A stretch of 64,000 bases of DNA from Gonapodya sp. JEL0774. Taxonomy: Eukaryota. The stretch covers positions 62,001-126,000 of the forward strand of contig JADIIX010000051.1 in NCBI GenBank assembly GCA_027604505.1. The letters run 5' to 3'. Below the pieces are notes generated by a model that saw nothing but the letters and a program-made list of their open reading frames with translations, ran no database searches and was not told the origin of the DNA. A program made the translations under genes and the position numbers. Below are positions 23,378 to 36,215 of the stretch, one piece after another; position 1 is the first letter of the stretch; each line of letters opens with the position of its first letter.

Positions 23378-25977
23378 ATGTCCCGTGAAAAATCAGAACC
23401 ATGGAAGATACAGGCAAGCGAGGTTCATTTCACCGAAGATGAAGCGTCCAAGCTGGGCTCTGGCAACACGGGCAAAGTGTATCGGGGATTCTTCCGTGGC
23501 GCTGCAGTTGCCATCAAGGTCCTCCAGAAATTTGACACGGAGGTGGGGTGCATCTCAAACCCTCATTATGAGAAGGTGGATACTTCATGACTGGTGGACA
23601 AATTCCTGAAACCAGGCGTTTCTGAAAGAAGTTGAAGGCTGGCATCAACTGAAGGCTCCCCATGTATTGCCATTATATGGTGCTTGCATGGACACTCCAA
23701 ATCTACTCATGGTGTCTCAACTCATGGAGAATGGAAATTTATTGCAGTATCTCAAAAAGGAACCCAGGGCTGATAAGCTCAAGCTGGCAAGTTTCTGTTT
23801 CTTGAACCTGTGGGGCAATTCAAGAAGCCTGTATCACATGACATTGCTCTGTGGCATGCCTCTTTTGCAGCTCCATGAGGTAGCATGTGGAATGCTTCAA
23901 CTTGAAAGAATTGGTGTTGTTCATGCAGACTTGAAACCTGACAATGCACTAGTTGATGCAGCTGGGAATGTGTTCATTGCTGACTTTGGTTTCTCTAAGT
24001 TTCAAGACACCACTGAGTCTGGTGGACGTTGGGGAACTCCTTCTTACTTTGCACCAGAAAGACTGACAGCTAATGGACTCAGCCAACATGCAGTTTCAAC
24101 AATCTCCAGTGATATCTTTTCTTTTGGAATTCTCTGCTTTTCTGTAATGCTGTCCTCTCTGTGTTTCCTTCTGCCGCTGTTGCTTACATTTAAATGTTAT
24201 AAAAGGTTTGGGCACAGGACAATTTGCCTTACGGCAGAATGCCAAATGGGGAAGACCTGTTCAACATTGCTTATAATGGCTTGCGTCCTGATCTTCATGA
24301 CCATCGCCTCTGGGATATGCCACAAACTCTGAAGCAACATTATTGAACAGACTCTCCATAGCTTGCTTTTAAATGGCAGAACAAGTCAAATTGCTCCAGC
24401 TGAATCTGTGCTTGCAGTCAATAATGATACACTAGAATCTCAGCACTCTCTAAGCTTAGTGGATTCTGGCATAAGTGTCTCTATTGCACCACAAACTGTT
24501 TCACCTGTGTTAAAAGATGAAGCTTTGGGAGAATGGATACTCACAGATTTTGGGAAGAGCTTGCCACCAATCTTAAGGACAAGGTTGTTAGATCTTTACA
24601 ATTTCTCCCCAACCACTATGGATTTGCAGTGTGAGATTCTGCTCTGATAACCTCTATTAGGACACCAATTACTTACAACTTGCTCATGTTAACATTTTCC
24701 TGAAACTAACAGGGAGAGAGCATGCATCAAGGATGAGAACAATCCCAGGCAGTATGTTGGTCTTTACTGCTCTTTTATGACAGTGCATATTACCATCTAA
24801 TTTATGTTCTCTTCACACAGGCAGAAAAATTGATTCTTTTGGTGCAAGATATCTGGCATATGGATTAAGAGATAACTGCACCCTGAAAGAACTTAATTTA
24901 AGTGGTAAGCAGCATTCAAGACTGTGCTAACCTCTTCTCATTGACAATCTGCAACTATTTGTATGGACATAACTAAATTTGGTTCATCAGGAAATGATTT
25001 AGGTGATGAGGGTGTACTGGCACTTGCAGAGTCCCTTCAAACTAATGTCACACTGACAAGAATCACTTTAAAAGGTGAGCTGATAATATTGTGTGTTTGT
25101 GCTAATTATTTTTCACAGCATCTGCACCCAGGGGTTTCTATGGGTAATTATGGAGCAGAGAAGCTTGCAAGTGCACTCACTACAAATTCCACCATCACAT
25201 ACCTTGATATTAGCTGTGAGTGGATTGGAATGTTGCTTTCATCCTATCTGCAGAGAAGTTTCTCTGCCATTGACAGGGAATAAGTTCAGATCAGAAGGGG
25301 TCCAAGCACTTGCAAATGCATTATGTATAAACTCTACACTTTCAGAGCTTCAAATGAATTGCAAGTAATCAGCCAGAGTATGATTTTTCTCTCACATTGA
25401 GTGCAATATTCTCTCATCCTTTTCATAGATAATCTGATTTCTGATATTGATGCCCAAGTTCTTGCGAATTCAATCGAGATGAACCAATGGCTTTCATATC
25501 TTAGCTTGGAAGGTACATAGACCATCTGAACTGGTATTGCCTTGCGTAAATGTTGAATATGTTTGTGTAGGCAATTGCATTGCAGACATTGGTGCACAGG
25601 CATTTGCAGATGCTCTGTGCTCAAATGGTGCACTCAAGTCTCTGAGCTTTTGCAGTAAGTGCAAACAGAGAAAATGTTGAATTGATCTACCCTTGACAAT
25701 TTGGATGAAAAAACATGACTGCTCTTTCTACAAATTCTCCAGGTAACAGGATAAATGCAGAAGGAGGACAGGATCTCATTAATGTGCTGATGGAGAAGAA
25801 TTTTACACTCAGAAACCTTGATCTAAGTAGTGAGTTCATATTTGTGGATAGTACCCAATCTTTCTTGTTGAAAGTTAAAGGCTACTTTCTCATTGTGAAG
25901 AAAATCCCCTTAGTGAATCTGATATACATTATGAGGCTGCCACCAAGTATGTGTGCAAGATAATGTTCAAAAAATAA
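23378..25977 (+). pseudogene. TKL-type protein kinase + RI-like leucine-rich repeats; apparent frameshift after the kinase C-lobe
   Basis: Kinase motifs LGSGNTGKVY, VAIK, HADLKPDN, DFG, GTPSYFAPE and SDIFSFG. The in-frame TGA at 24344-24346 is followed by coding in another frame. About seven 28-aa LRR exons follow (e.g. GNDLGDEGVLALAESLQTNVTLTRITLK). Confidence 0.7.
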
Positions 25978-26069
25978 ACATTTATCTCCAAAAGCAGAAT
26001 CAAGGATTTATTATGTAAATTGAAGCTGGAAATAGATCACAGATTGATTATTTCTAATCTGACATACAT

Positions 26070-27085
26070 TTAAATTGACACCCCTGTTGACCCAAAACCT
26101 CCTGCACCACGTGTAGTATCATCAAGATTCTGTATGATGTTAACGATGAGGATAATTTCAATTGAAGCATCTTCCAATTGCACTCACTTCTACTGCCAGA
26201 ACTTTTGGTGTTATGATCTGCTCAAGCACAAGCTGTGCAATCCTGTCACCTTCTTTCACTGCAATGAGAATGTTATCTTTGTAAAAAGGAAGACGCAAAG
26301 AGAGTAAAAATTGAAAACACAAACCCTCGAAGTCCTTTTCTGAGAAGTTGAAAAGTACCACACCAACAGGTCCTCGATAGTCTTCATCAATAACACCTGC
26401 ACCCACATCAATAAAGTGCTTGACTGCTAATCCGCTAAACAGAAGTGCACGTGATTTGAGGGTTGATTAAACGATGATGCAGAATGAGATAGACAGACCT
26501 GCGAGGTGCGACTCTGCCGTAAGTTCCCGGTGGGCAGGCAATAGATATGTCAGTTTTGACGACGGACTTGTTTTTGGCGAGGACGACCGTGTTCTCGGCG
26601 CTTCAGTTAGGGGAACGAGGAGTAGAGGAGACAGATATCAGTCTCGATGCCACTGTGATGAGATACGGTAGGCATCGGGACACACGCTCCCGCTTCGAGT
26701 GTGGATTATGTGTTCGGAGTCATAAATTTGTCTCCAACACCACAGATTATGTCGAATCAATTCCGATCATGAGGTTGAGCTTGAACTTGAATTATGCTAG
26801 ACCTCGTAACACGGACCTGTACAGATCATAGCCAGCCGCGAAACTCGAGCCTCTCGTGGGGACTTTAGCTTTGTCGCTGAGAAGCTTCACTTTGAGGACG
26901 GGTTCCATGTCTCCAGTCTTCGAAAATTTCGAAGGCGAAATATCTGAAGCGTCGTCCAGCGACCGTTTAGAGGGTGAAGCGGACGTTGTGAAAGATTGCA
27001 AAGTTTTTGTCGATGGAAGTTCGGAGAGAGTCATCCGTGTTCGTGCGCGAAAAAGGAGAGTGAGGTGCACTGCTGTGAACTTCAT
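26070..27085 (-). CDS. DUT1: dUTP pyrophosphatase
   Basis: [42 protein letters not shown] and [10 protein letters not shown]. In-frame ATGs at 27085, 27034 and downstream. Confidence 0.95.
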
Positions 27086-27163
27086 GATTACTGATATCAC
27101 GGCACTGCGTGATTCTAACCAAATACTTTACACAAAAAGAATCAGAATATTCATTGGGAACTT

Positions 27164-30145
27164 TTAGACATTATTGTGCGATGAGCTAAAATACTGTGAA
27201 GATGACAGCAACTGGATGAACTTTCCCACTTTGTCAGCATCCTGACTCGCCATTTCTGCCAACATAATCAGCTTTTTAACACCAATACTGAATTGGCCTT
27301 CCATTCCGTCATTTCTCAGAGTTTTCAAGCAGCGCTGTGTTTCCGCATCTGATTCGAATGGATTCAGCTCCGCAAGAACAGCCTGGACAGAATTCAAATC
27401 TCGGATTGGCGGAACTTCCACCTCATCGTCAAAGCAATTAGTCATATCTAACTGGTCAAGAATCGCACGTTGGGAAGTCGTTGCCAAGATCAGAAGTCGA
27501 CGCCCCTGCAGGAAGAGTAATGTCACCTTCAGATTGGAATCGAAATGAGGCTGACTGCTCACCTTCGGAGGGTTCTTTCGAAGCAAAACAACCAAAGTCT
27601 GCAGAACCGCGTTGGAGAACCTGGGCCCAATGGCCACCCAATCTTAGCCGAACAGTAAATTAGTTCCCTGCAACGGCCACTTGATTTGACAAACGCACCG
27701 AGTAGTCGCTCAATTTCATCCACCACCACAATGCTGTACGGACTTTTGTAGGCATCGTTGAACACCTTGGTTATATGAGCCATCTTGGATTGCTCCGTAA
27801 AGCCCAGCATTGACTCGGGAGAAATGAGCTTTATAAAGGGAAACTCTGAGGCCATCGCGATGGTGGCTGCAATGGCCGTTTTGCCTGCACCATGGGGACC
27901 ATAGAATAGCACAGACACTAGCGGTGTTCTGGGGGAATTTCGGACCTGCTCAACAAAGAGCTGCGAGTTAGCAAGAATATCCTGGAAAACAATGCGAATG
28001 TCAGTATCTTCAAGAGCGTTTAGCCGCAACTTGATATGAGAGCTTTCCTTAACGTCATCATTATATTTGAAAATACCATTCCTTGTGCACTGTGACAGTT
28101 CTTCGTCCGAGACTCCAAACGCAGGCTTCACCTCTTCGAGCGCCCGCATAAAATCGTCCCTGCAAAGCTGCATTTTATCGACATCGGGTGCAACGGAGGC
28201 CATGGTACCGCCTTTCACGTGTCTGTTGAACGCCCAGGCGGTGGCGGCCTTCACCAGTCCTGCAATTTCAGCACCGGAAAAGTTCTTTGTGAGAGCCGCG
28301 AGCTCAAGAAGGTCAACATCAGCTGCTAGAAGATTATTCTTGCGCGCCTGAGTAAAGATGGTGACTGCATTTGGTTCCAAGAAAACAGTTTGGTGGCAGG
28401 TACATGGCATTCACCTTCGCGGTGTGAATGGTCAGGATGGCGACACGGCCATTTTCGTCCGGTAAATTTATTTCCAAGTGAATCTCTAGCCGACCAGGAC
28501 GTAGAAGCGCTTCGTCAATCATGTCTTTCCTATTTGTCATCCCAATGATCAGAATGTTGTTGAGCTGGTCTACACCATCCATCTTGGAGAGAAGCTGGTT
28601 CACTACAGTATCACCAACACCAGTCCCAGTGTTGGTACTGCCGCGTTGCTTGCAAATGGCGTCCAGCTCATCGAAAATGATGATATGGAGCGGGGAATCG
28701 TCGCCCAGTGATTTGTACTTCCAGGAATCGCATTGAGTAAGAGTCGATATGCACTCGAGATCTCTAAGACATGGACGATTCGAACTCACATCGGCTTCGG
28801 CGGGTGCAAACAGCTTCCGGATGTTCTCCTCGCTCTGACCTACGAACTTGTTGAGAACCTCAGGGCCGTTTACGATCAATGGTTCTTTTGCGTTCAGCAT
28901 TTTACCAATCTGTCGGGCCATGAGAGTTTTTCCAGTGCCGGGCGGTCCGTACAGCAGGATGCCCTTAACATGTTGGATGCCCAATCGTTCAACGAGCGCG
29001 GGGGGAAAGATACGGGACGCGAATGCACGTCGGAAAATGGCTCCAAATTCTTTATCGAGACCACCAATGCCGAGATCCTCAAATTTGAATGAAGGAGCGA
29101 TGATTGCATTCACAGGGCCACTAGAGACAGTAACATGTCACGACAAACCAGCCAATTGAGCAAAGTGCCAGTAATTGCACCATCCACGTACCTCTTCATG
29201 CTGCCTTTCAGCTTAATTGTTGAGTTAGCAGCCTTGACGAACGATAATTGCGTGGCAGGCGTGATGACTCCCATGATAACAGGTTTGGATGGTTCCTCGG
29301 TCGAACCTTTCTTCATCCCGTTTACATCCAGCGCACTGAGGTCTTTAATATCAAGTTGCAAGTTGACACCCTTGACGTCCATCAAGAGGCTCTTTGTGAT
29401 GACTAAATTCATCAGAGCACCATCCCGGGACACGAAGAAGAATAGTCTAACTCACCTGTCCTTTGGAAAACACTTGTCCTTGAAAGTTCTGAGTAAATAT
29501 CTTGCCGAGCTCGTCGGAGTCAAAGGGCTGATCCATGATAGTAGTCTTCTTGTAAAAGTCTACCTGGATCTGAGCAGTCGACAGCACAGAGTCCGGGTGT
29601 TCTTCAAACGGGTCGTACGGGCGAACCCGCACTTCCTGGTTTAAAGAAAAGCTCGCAAAGCGACGGTGAAAGAGTGTAGTACCCAGTTCGGAGGGAGGAA
29701 TGGCAGGCGAAGGCCTGCCAAGCACATTCACCAAACCCCGTCGACATAATGAATTACAGACACAAAGATAGGAGTAATTGAATGATAAGAATACCAGCGC
29801 ACTACTGATCATATAACGACAAAACTAGGTTCCTAGAACTCACCTGACCGAGAAAGCGAACTGATCATCAACCAATATATATCGGACGTTCGGTCCAAAG
29901 TCCTGCTGGCATATGGCCACGCAATTGGTCATGGCGAACCTCTCATCAGGCGACTTGTTTACCCTAAAGACCCTTGGTCCCGGGTAAGAAGGAGGGTAAG
30001 GAGAGTTCGTTGGGGGGTTCCCTCTCGAACGAGACGTTGGGGGAGAGTCGTAGCGGGACGAAGGCGGAGAATCATAGCCGTTTGATGACCGTGAAGGGGA
30101 GGCACCACTCGGACTGGATGTTTTGCCATCGTTTCTGCCCCACAT
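27164..30145 (-). CDS. SEC18: Vesicle-fusion AAA ATPase NSF/Sec18
   Basis: [62 protein letters not shown] and a second AAA domain with GPHGAGKT. Confidence 0.97.
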
Positions 30146-30443
30146 TGGAATAATGGATTTGGTTTCGGTGATTCGGGACAGAGGACGCAGCACCTTCGCC
30201 AGCAGGCGCAAGAAGTACTTGGAAAGCACTCGGCAGAATAATATACCTTTATACACGAGAGGCACATGCATTCTCCTGCACTTCAGTATTGATAATAGGG
30301 TCGTATAAATGTCCAAAATTCTAAGTCAACATGATGTGTCACCCCCTCACAGCATGTTCCTCACATCCGACGACTGCCGTGGCCGTTGACACGCCGAAAG
30401 CTTTGCAAACAAGGCCAGTCCTGGCATCATGATGGACCCTGTG

Positions 30444-33400
30444 TCAAATCATCAAGGGCGGTCTTCCGTTCCTCGCCAACGCCTCTTCCATGCTCGGGAT
30501 GGTTCCTGGCTGAGCCTGGATCCCAGTTCTCGTTTTCAGTTCAAATTCCTCACCTGAGGTTGGTGCGGTTGCTGCGGTGACGCCAGATACTACGACCGTG
30601 GAGACGCCAAGCCGGGCTCGCAACTGAGGAGCACCTGGAGACGGCACTAAAGTGTTTAGTATGTTGAGAGCTTCGGCAGAGAGAGACTAGAGAGGGAATA
30701 TCGATCAGCGTTTCTGAAGATAATCCATTTCCACGCAGAACCAGAAGAACATTCAAAGTCCACTCACTTGCTTCACAGGCTTCTTTCCCAAGCTCCCTGC
30801 ACTACCTGGTTGCAAGTGCTCCCCCCCGCCGCCATTCAACCCCAAAACAGCACCAGAGCTCCCCACTGGTGGAGTACTTCGCCCCGCACTTGAACCCCCT
30901 GTTCGATTCGACGACAGAGCAACAGAGTGGGGGTTGACCATGCCCGCTTGAGAGTCAGAGTCAGAACGGTTGTCCGGAATAACATCTTCCACTGCGAGAT
31001 AAGGAGTCGGTTCATCATATAACTATTTAACTATTTCCTCAAAAGCAACACACCTAGTGCATCCCTAAGAGCGTCCACGCCCACAACCGTTGCACTTCCT
31101 GTGCTCTTCTTCGTTGCAGGTCCAAGTTTCAGCGATAAGGTCACGGCAGCCAGTGACGAGACTGGGTCTTTGCTCCCACAAAAGGTCCAAAAAGGTTCAC
31201 ATTAGTAGCTGTTGTACTCTTGAGCGGAAACTGCAATCAACTGAATCTTCTCACCACACTCCTTCACCGGGGGAGCTGTGGGCAGTCCCTGCACCGGTCC
31301 AAGTGCGTCGACAACCACTGCACGGGATATCCACACATCCACCGGATTGAGTTCTGCCAAAGAGGTGGCTTCCAAATCACTACTTACAAAAGAATGACAG
31401 AACGACGACTCAATCCACTTTGACCAATTCGTCAGCATTCTGAACGATCAATACTCACGATAGTGCGCCAGTCATACAGGCCCATGCTTCCTGTCCCGCC
31501 TTTACGTCCACACCCAGAGGCCACTGCCCTTTCGCTTGTCTTTCTCGCTTGACGTTTTCTACGTGCTCTTGAAGTCGAGACAGCCGCCGGTCCATAGCGA
31601 GTCGCAACAAAAAGTCCACAACAACAGCATTAGCGGCACGTAGGTGAGAGGGATATGTGTCGAGGAGCGACGTGGAATCGTCCTTTTATGTCGCAGTCGA
31701 ATCAAAATCCGCGTGCAAGTGCGTAAAACCATCCCCAGCACAAGAACCTACCTGAATCTGCATCGCAGCACCCGCAGCCTCAGTCGCCCCACCTTCCAGC
31801 CCTGCCGCTACCGCTTCCAGACCGGCCCTGACCACTGCATAGTCAGAAGCTACGCTACGGGGATCCAGGGCTTGGGAGTGGAGGCGGCGCAGGTAGTCAG
31901 ACGAAAAGAGGGTGGTGGTGGGATGTGCGGGTTGGGGCCTAGGGTATTGACGTCCGGGTACAGAGGTACGTGGCGTCAAAATTCGCAACGGTAAAGCGAA
32001 AAGAGACTGTTACTTACGGCGCGCCTGGTGATGGTATTATCACTTCGCCTACGAATTTGGCAAACTCGAGTCGTACATCTGGGGAGAGATTTCAAGAAAC
32101 GTAAAAGTCAAGGATTTTGCGACACATATGACGGTCCTTGTCCAAACTCTCAGCTCACCTGCATCTAGATCATTCACCAACTCCAACATTGCCTGCACAA
32201 GCCCCAATGGCACTCCCACACCCTTCCTCCCGGCCGTCGCCACAGCAGCATTCGCCTCCTTGGCCAACATTGCCAAACATCTCAACATCACTTTGCGGGT
32301 TTCCTTCAGCTCACTCGTCATACTCGTTGCACTTCCACGTCCACCTTCGGCACGCACTCTATTCGACAAGAAACCTGCCACCTCACCAGCCCCGCGTCCG
32401 GCGACGGCCTTGGCTACTACCCTCACTACCTGCTCCGCCACTAGGCTCACCTCAGCCAGGGGTAGTGGCACCCCGTCATCCTTCGCCGCTCCGCCACCAG
32501 CCTTCGCCCCTTCACTCCTCCCTACCGCTCTCACCATCACATCCATCACCTCCATAGCGGCTAGTGGCGCCGCATCTCCCGCCACCGCGACGGCATCGCC
32601 AACAACTCCGGCTGCAGCCACGAGTGCGGGCTGGGGTACTGCCGGAGATTTGGCAAGCCGCGCGGCCAGCGAAGCGGCGAGAAGTGGGCGATACTGAGGC
32701 CGCAGTGAGTTCAAGGGAAGTGTAAGTACACGGCGCAGAAGAAGGGGGTTGGGCCAAAGGGGGGCAGAATCGCAGTATCTGTTATAAAATTGAGTAATAG
32801 TGTCAACAGCAATACAACAGACTTGTAATTGCGGTGTAGATTCACAAAACTCACTCGACCACTCCCGCAACCACCGCAGCGGCTCCTTGCTGCGAGGCAC
32901 CGTATCCCATCGCAGACTGAGTCACACAGTGTTCCGCGATGCGGGAAAGAGAGGACCCAGTGATTAATTCATCGGCGATGGTGTGGTGGGGATCAGGACT
33001 GAAGCGGACCGGGATGAATGGGACATGTTATGTGGATAGTCTGGACTAGCGAATCCAGCAAACGGTCAGTCAAGCTCGACCCACTCACGCTTTCGTGTCG
33101 CCTTCCGTTACGCCTGTACCTTCCCCATCCTCATTCGCCACGATTACCACATTTCCCAACACTGCTGGCAGAGCGATCTGGACAACGCGGGCAGCGGACG
33201 GATACGAGGGAAATGAGGGACTGGACAGGAGGGATTGGAGGGCTTTGAGGCCGGAGAGGCGGGACCTTTTGTCGAGGTCGGAGAGATGCAAAACCGAACA
33301 TAATTGCGGTGAGTGACTGATCCGAAGAATTCTGATAGAACCGCGGCAAACTTGTGGAAATCCATTCTCATCGGCTCTCCGCTCTCGCACTCCAACCAAC

Positions 33401-34946
33401 AGCCCACCCTCCCGCGAGCGATTGATAAAGAAGTAATAGCAATACGGTTACTCACCTATGTCCCTCATCTCCACCTGAGGCATCCCGACACATCTTCGCG
33501 TAATTCTCCACTAAAGCAAAGTACTTGCTCTCGATATCACCCGGTGTGATCGATGCGTGGTCAAGGTGATCGGAGAGGGAGATGAACTAGGGTTCGTGCG
33601 GGTGTGTCACATCCGGCAGGCGTTTGCAGAACAAGATGAGAGTCCAAAGCAACGATAAACCACCAACCCAACAATCATTGGCGGCTCCGCGAGACCATGG
33701 GGATACGCAGCTTCCCCAGTGCCACTTCTCCGTCCCAACCTTCCCATCCCAGATCTGTGGAATCACAATCCAACACCGAGCTGCAACTCCACAAAATGCC
33801 ACAAGGGGATACAGCATTGACGAGTGACAGCATACGCATCATACGATAAACTCTCTCTTCAATCTATCTGTCCAACCTTGTCATTCGCCTCAAATCAACT
33901 CACCGCGCCAACCCCACCCATAGCCACCTCCCCATCTGCACACTGCGTTACCTCGGTCAAGACGTTTAGAGCGCTGGAGAGGAACAACGGTATGTGAGCG
34001 GAGCATTGGGAGAAGAGGTGATCGAGGATGGTGAGGGTGGTTTTTACAAAGCTGTACGGTATGGAGATGTGAGAGAAGAAGATGGGGATAAGTTACGAGG
34101 ATGTTACCAAGAGGAATGGGGGAGAGCAAGGTCTGGGTCGTGTTCCTTTGTTCCTGTATTCCTCGGGCTAGATTGTCACGGCTGCGAACCTAACCCAATT
34201 CACGAGCCCGCAGCACCAGGCGTGACTTCATGATTATGTATGCCTTGAAAGATTGACCGAATACGGCTACTCCCATGACACCGGGACTGCGCGCCCGTGA
34301 AAGCCCGTTCAGCAAAGCACCTCAGCACACGCGTCTCGTCCCATCTCAAAACATATCCGCGAAGTCACCGTGAGTCATAAGCACCAGGTGCGGTGGAAGC
34401 TGCGAGCGCGAGAGATTCTGCACGTGCCCGTTCTTTCTCTCCTCATCCACGAAAGACAGAGAGTTTGTCTGGAGGGCTCCATTGGCCTATCACAGCACCC
34501 AGGGAGGGCAAATTTATGGGAGCGGACTCCCTTTGCTTTGGTTGAAGGAATCTCAGTCCGTGATCCATAATGTACCAAGGCGTCCATGCCCATTCCACCA
34601 ATACCACACTGCCTGAGATGTAATAGTTTTCTCACAGTAGATGCAAAGGATGATGTGTTTTTAGGAGAGTGCCCATTGCCATGCAATCCCAGTGGCTGTT
34701 CCGTTCCCCCAAATCCTCCAAACGTCGAACGCACCCCAATCTTCCCGCATAAAGGTCCTTCTTGAGCCTAGCATCCAGGTATACACCAATTTTGACCAAT
34801 TTATGAGGTCTGGAGCTGGCGTAAAAGAGGAGTCTGGAGAGATTCGCCTGGTTCGGCCCTTCCAGTCCTGGAGCCTTCTGATACACCGAGTTGCAAAGTT
34901 TGACGTGGTTAAGATACGGATAGCAACACAGCTCCGTGAGAGACAT
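30444..34946 (-). CDS. EFR3: EFR3 (PI4K plasma-membrane scaffold), ARM-like; multi-exon
   Basis: N-terminus CC...HVKLCNSVY...LSRLLFYASSRPHKLVKIGVYL, later RLSGLKALQS and RPQYR. The 3' end is approximate. Confidence 0.82.
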
Positions 34947-35669
34947 GGCTGCGCGGTTGGCAAAGTGGGTAGTTCAAATGCTCAGGACGCGTGTGTGGCT
35001 GCTGTCGTCTGACAATGAGCGAACTGGACGGCAAGAGGTAGCTCGCAAAGAAATCGCGGATAATGCAAGGACGCCAAAGACGAATTGGAATTGAAAGCCG
35101 GTGGTCGCTAATGCAGCTAGCTTAGATTCGCAGATAGCTACATACATACTGGTGCCGCATGTCTCTCTGGACATGACCTCTCAAAATAAATTTGTTCACA
35201 CTTCCATGGTTCACTGACGAGTGCGAATGAAGTGCAGTAGTCTGACAACTATCCAAGTGAATGTTGTCCGTTATGGATCCGCCCTGGTGCATCCTCGTCG
35301 GAATCCATTACTTCCATGGTATACAAAGAACCGCACATCAACGGATGCACTGATACATGGGACTGGTGCCCTCTTCCATACACACCATGACCAATGCCTC
35401 TCCTCTTCATCCCCCTGTAAGTCGATTGCCCGCATCCCACACCACACACCGCTCGTCTATCTGCGACCATCTTCCCACTCTCAGAAGCGCCAAGTTTTCA
35501 TTCAATTCAACGAGATGTGAACAGTCTGCTGCGCAGGACCATTGTAGTTCGCCTGGCACCCTGGGCACGCGACGAGGAGGCCGTTCACAACGGTGCCCCA
35601 GCTGCGACGTGGGTTAGTAGGAGTACGAACATACATACGGAACGGTCCACTCGCACGCGATGGGGGACA

Positions 35670-36215
35670 TGTCGGGAGTGTGCAGTCCTCGGATCACCGG
35701 TGGGAAACTCTGCCCGTAGGCCGAGGGGGCTTGACGTTTCACCCGCGCGGCTAAAACCTTGCCCCAAAATGCCGTGATCCCCGCAGGTCCCACAGTGCCG
35801 TTCGCACGCAGTCCTGGAAAAGGAGTCAACGGTTCCGTGGGCCAGTGCGAAACTGATAATGCAAACTTCCAGGTCGCTCACGAGCTCAACAAGCGGGCGC
35901 ACGGCTCTCTGCTATGCATTTCCCTTCCGCAGGCAGGGGAGCCTTGCAGGGCCTTGCCATCGGGCGTGTGTCGGTTCTACCGGAATTGTACCGTAGTGGG
36001 CAGCAGAGTAACTCTGCCCTGTGGAGCGGGGAGGCTTGACCGTTCACTCATGCGGGGCTAGAGTCTTCCTTTAAAGCAGTGTGAGCCCCGTAGGTCTCAC
36101 AGTGCCGTTCTCGCGCAGCCCTGGAGTGTTTGATCCGCGTTGAGTAACAGGAGCGACATCTATCTCCAGGCTAAAGAGGCAACTCACGGGTTCGACAAAG
36201 GCTTGCACGTGGTTG
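35670..36215. repeat. Diverged tandem duplication with a unit of about 300 bp, intergenic
   Basis: Colinear shared blocks in both units: tcggg.gtgtg, aactctgccc, ggcttgac, cccg.aggtc.cacagtgccgttc.c.cgcag.cctgga and ctcacg.g.tc.acaa. Confidence 0.7.

Noticed and set aside
35388..35560. Spliced mini-ORF MTNASPLHPP/KRQVFIQFNEM-TGA-TVCC as a selenoprotein candidate
   Set aside because: No CxxU/UxxC context matching a known family and no SECIS I can support.
35614..35700. TPDMSPIACEW resembling a Tc1/mariner SPDLNPIE motif
   Set aside because: Too short, with no other transposase motifs or terminal inverted repeats.
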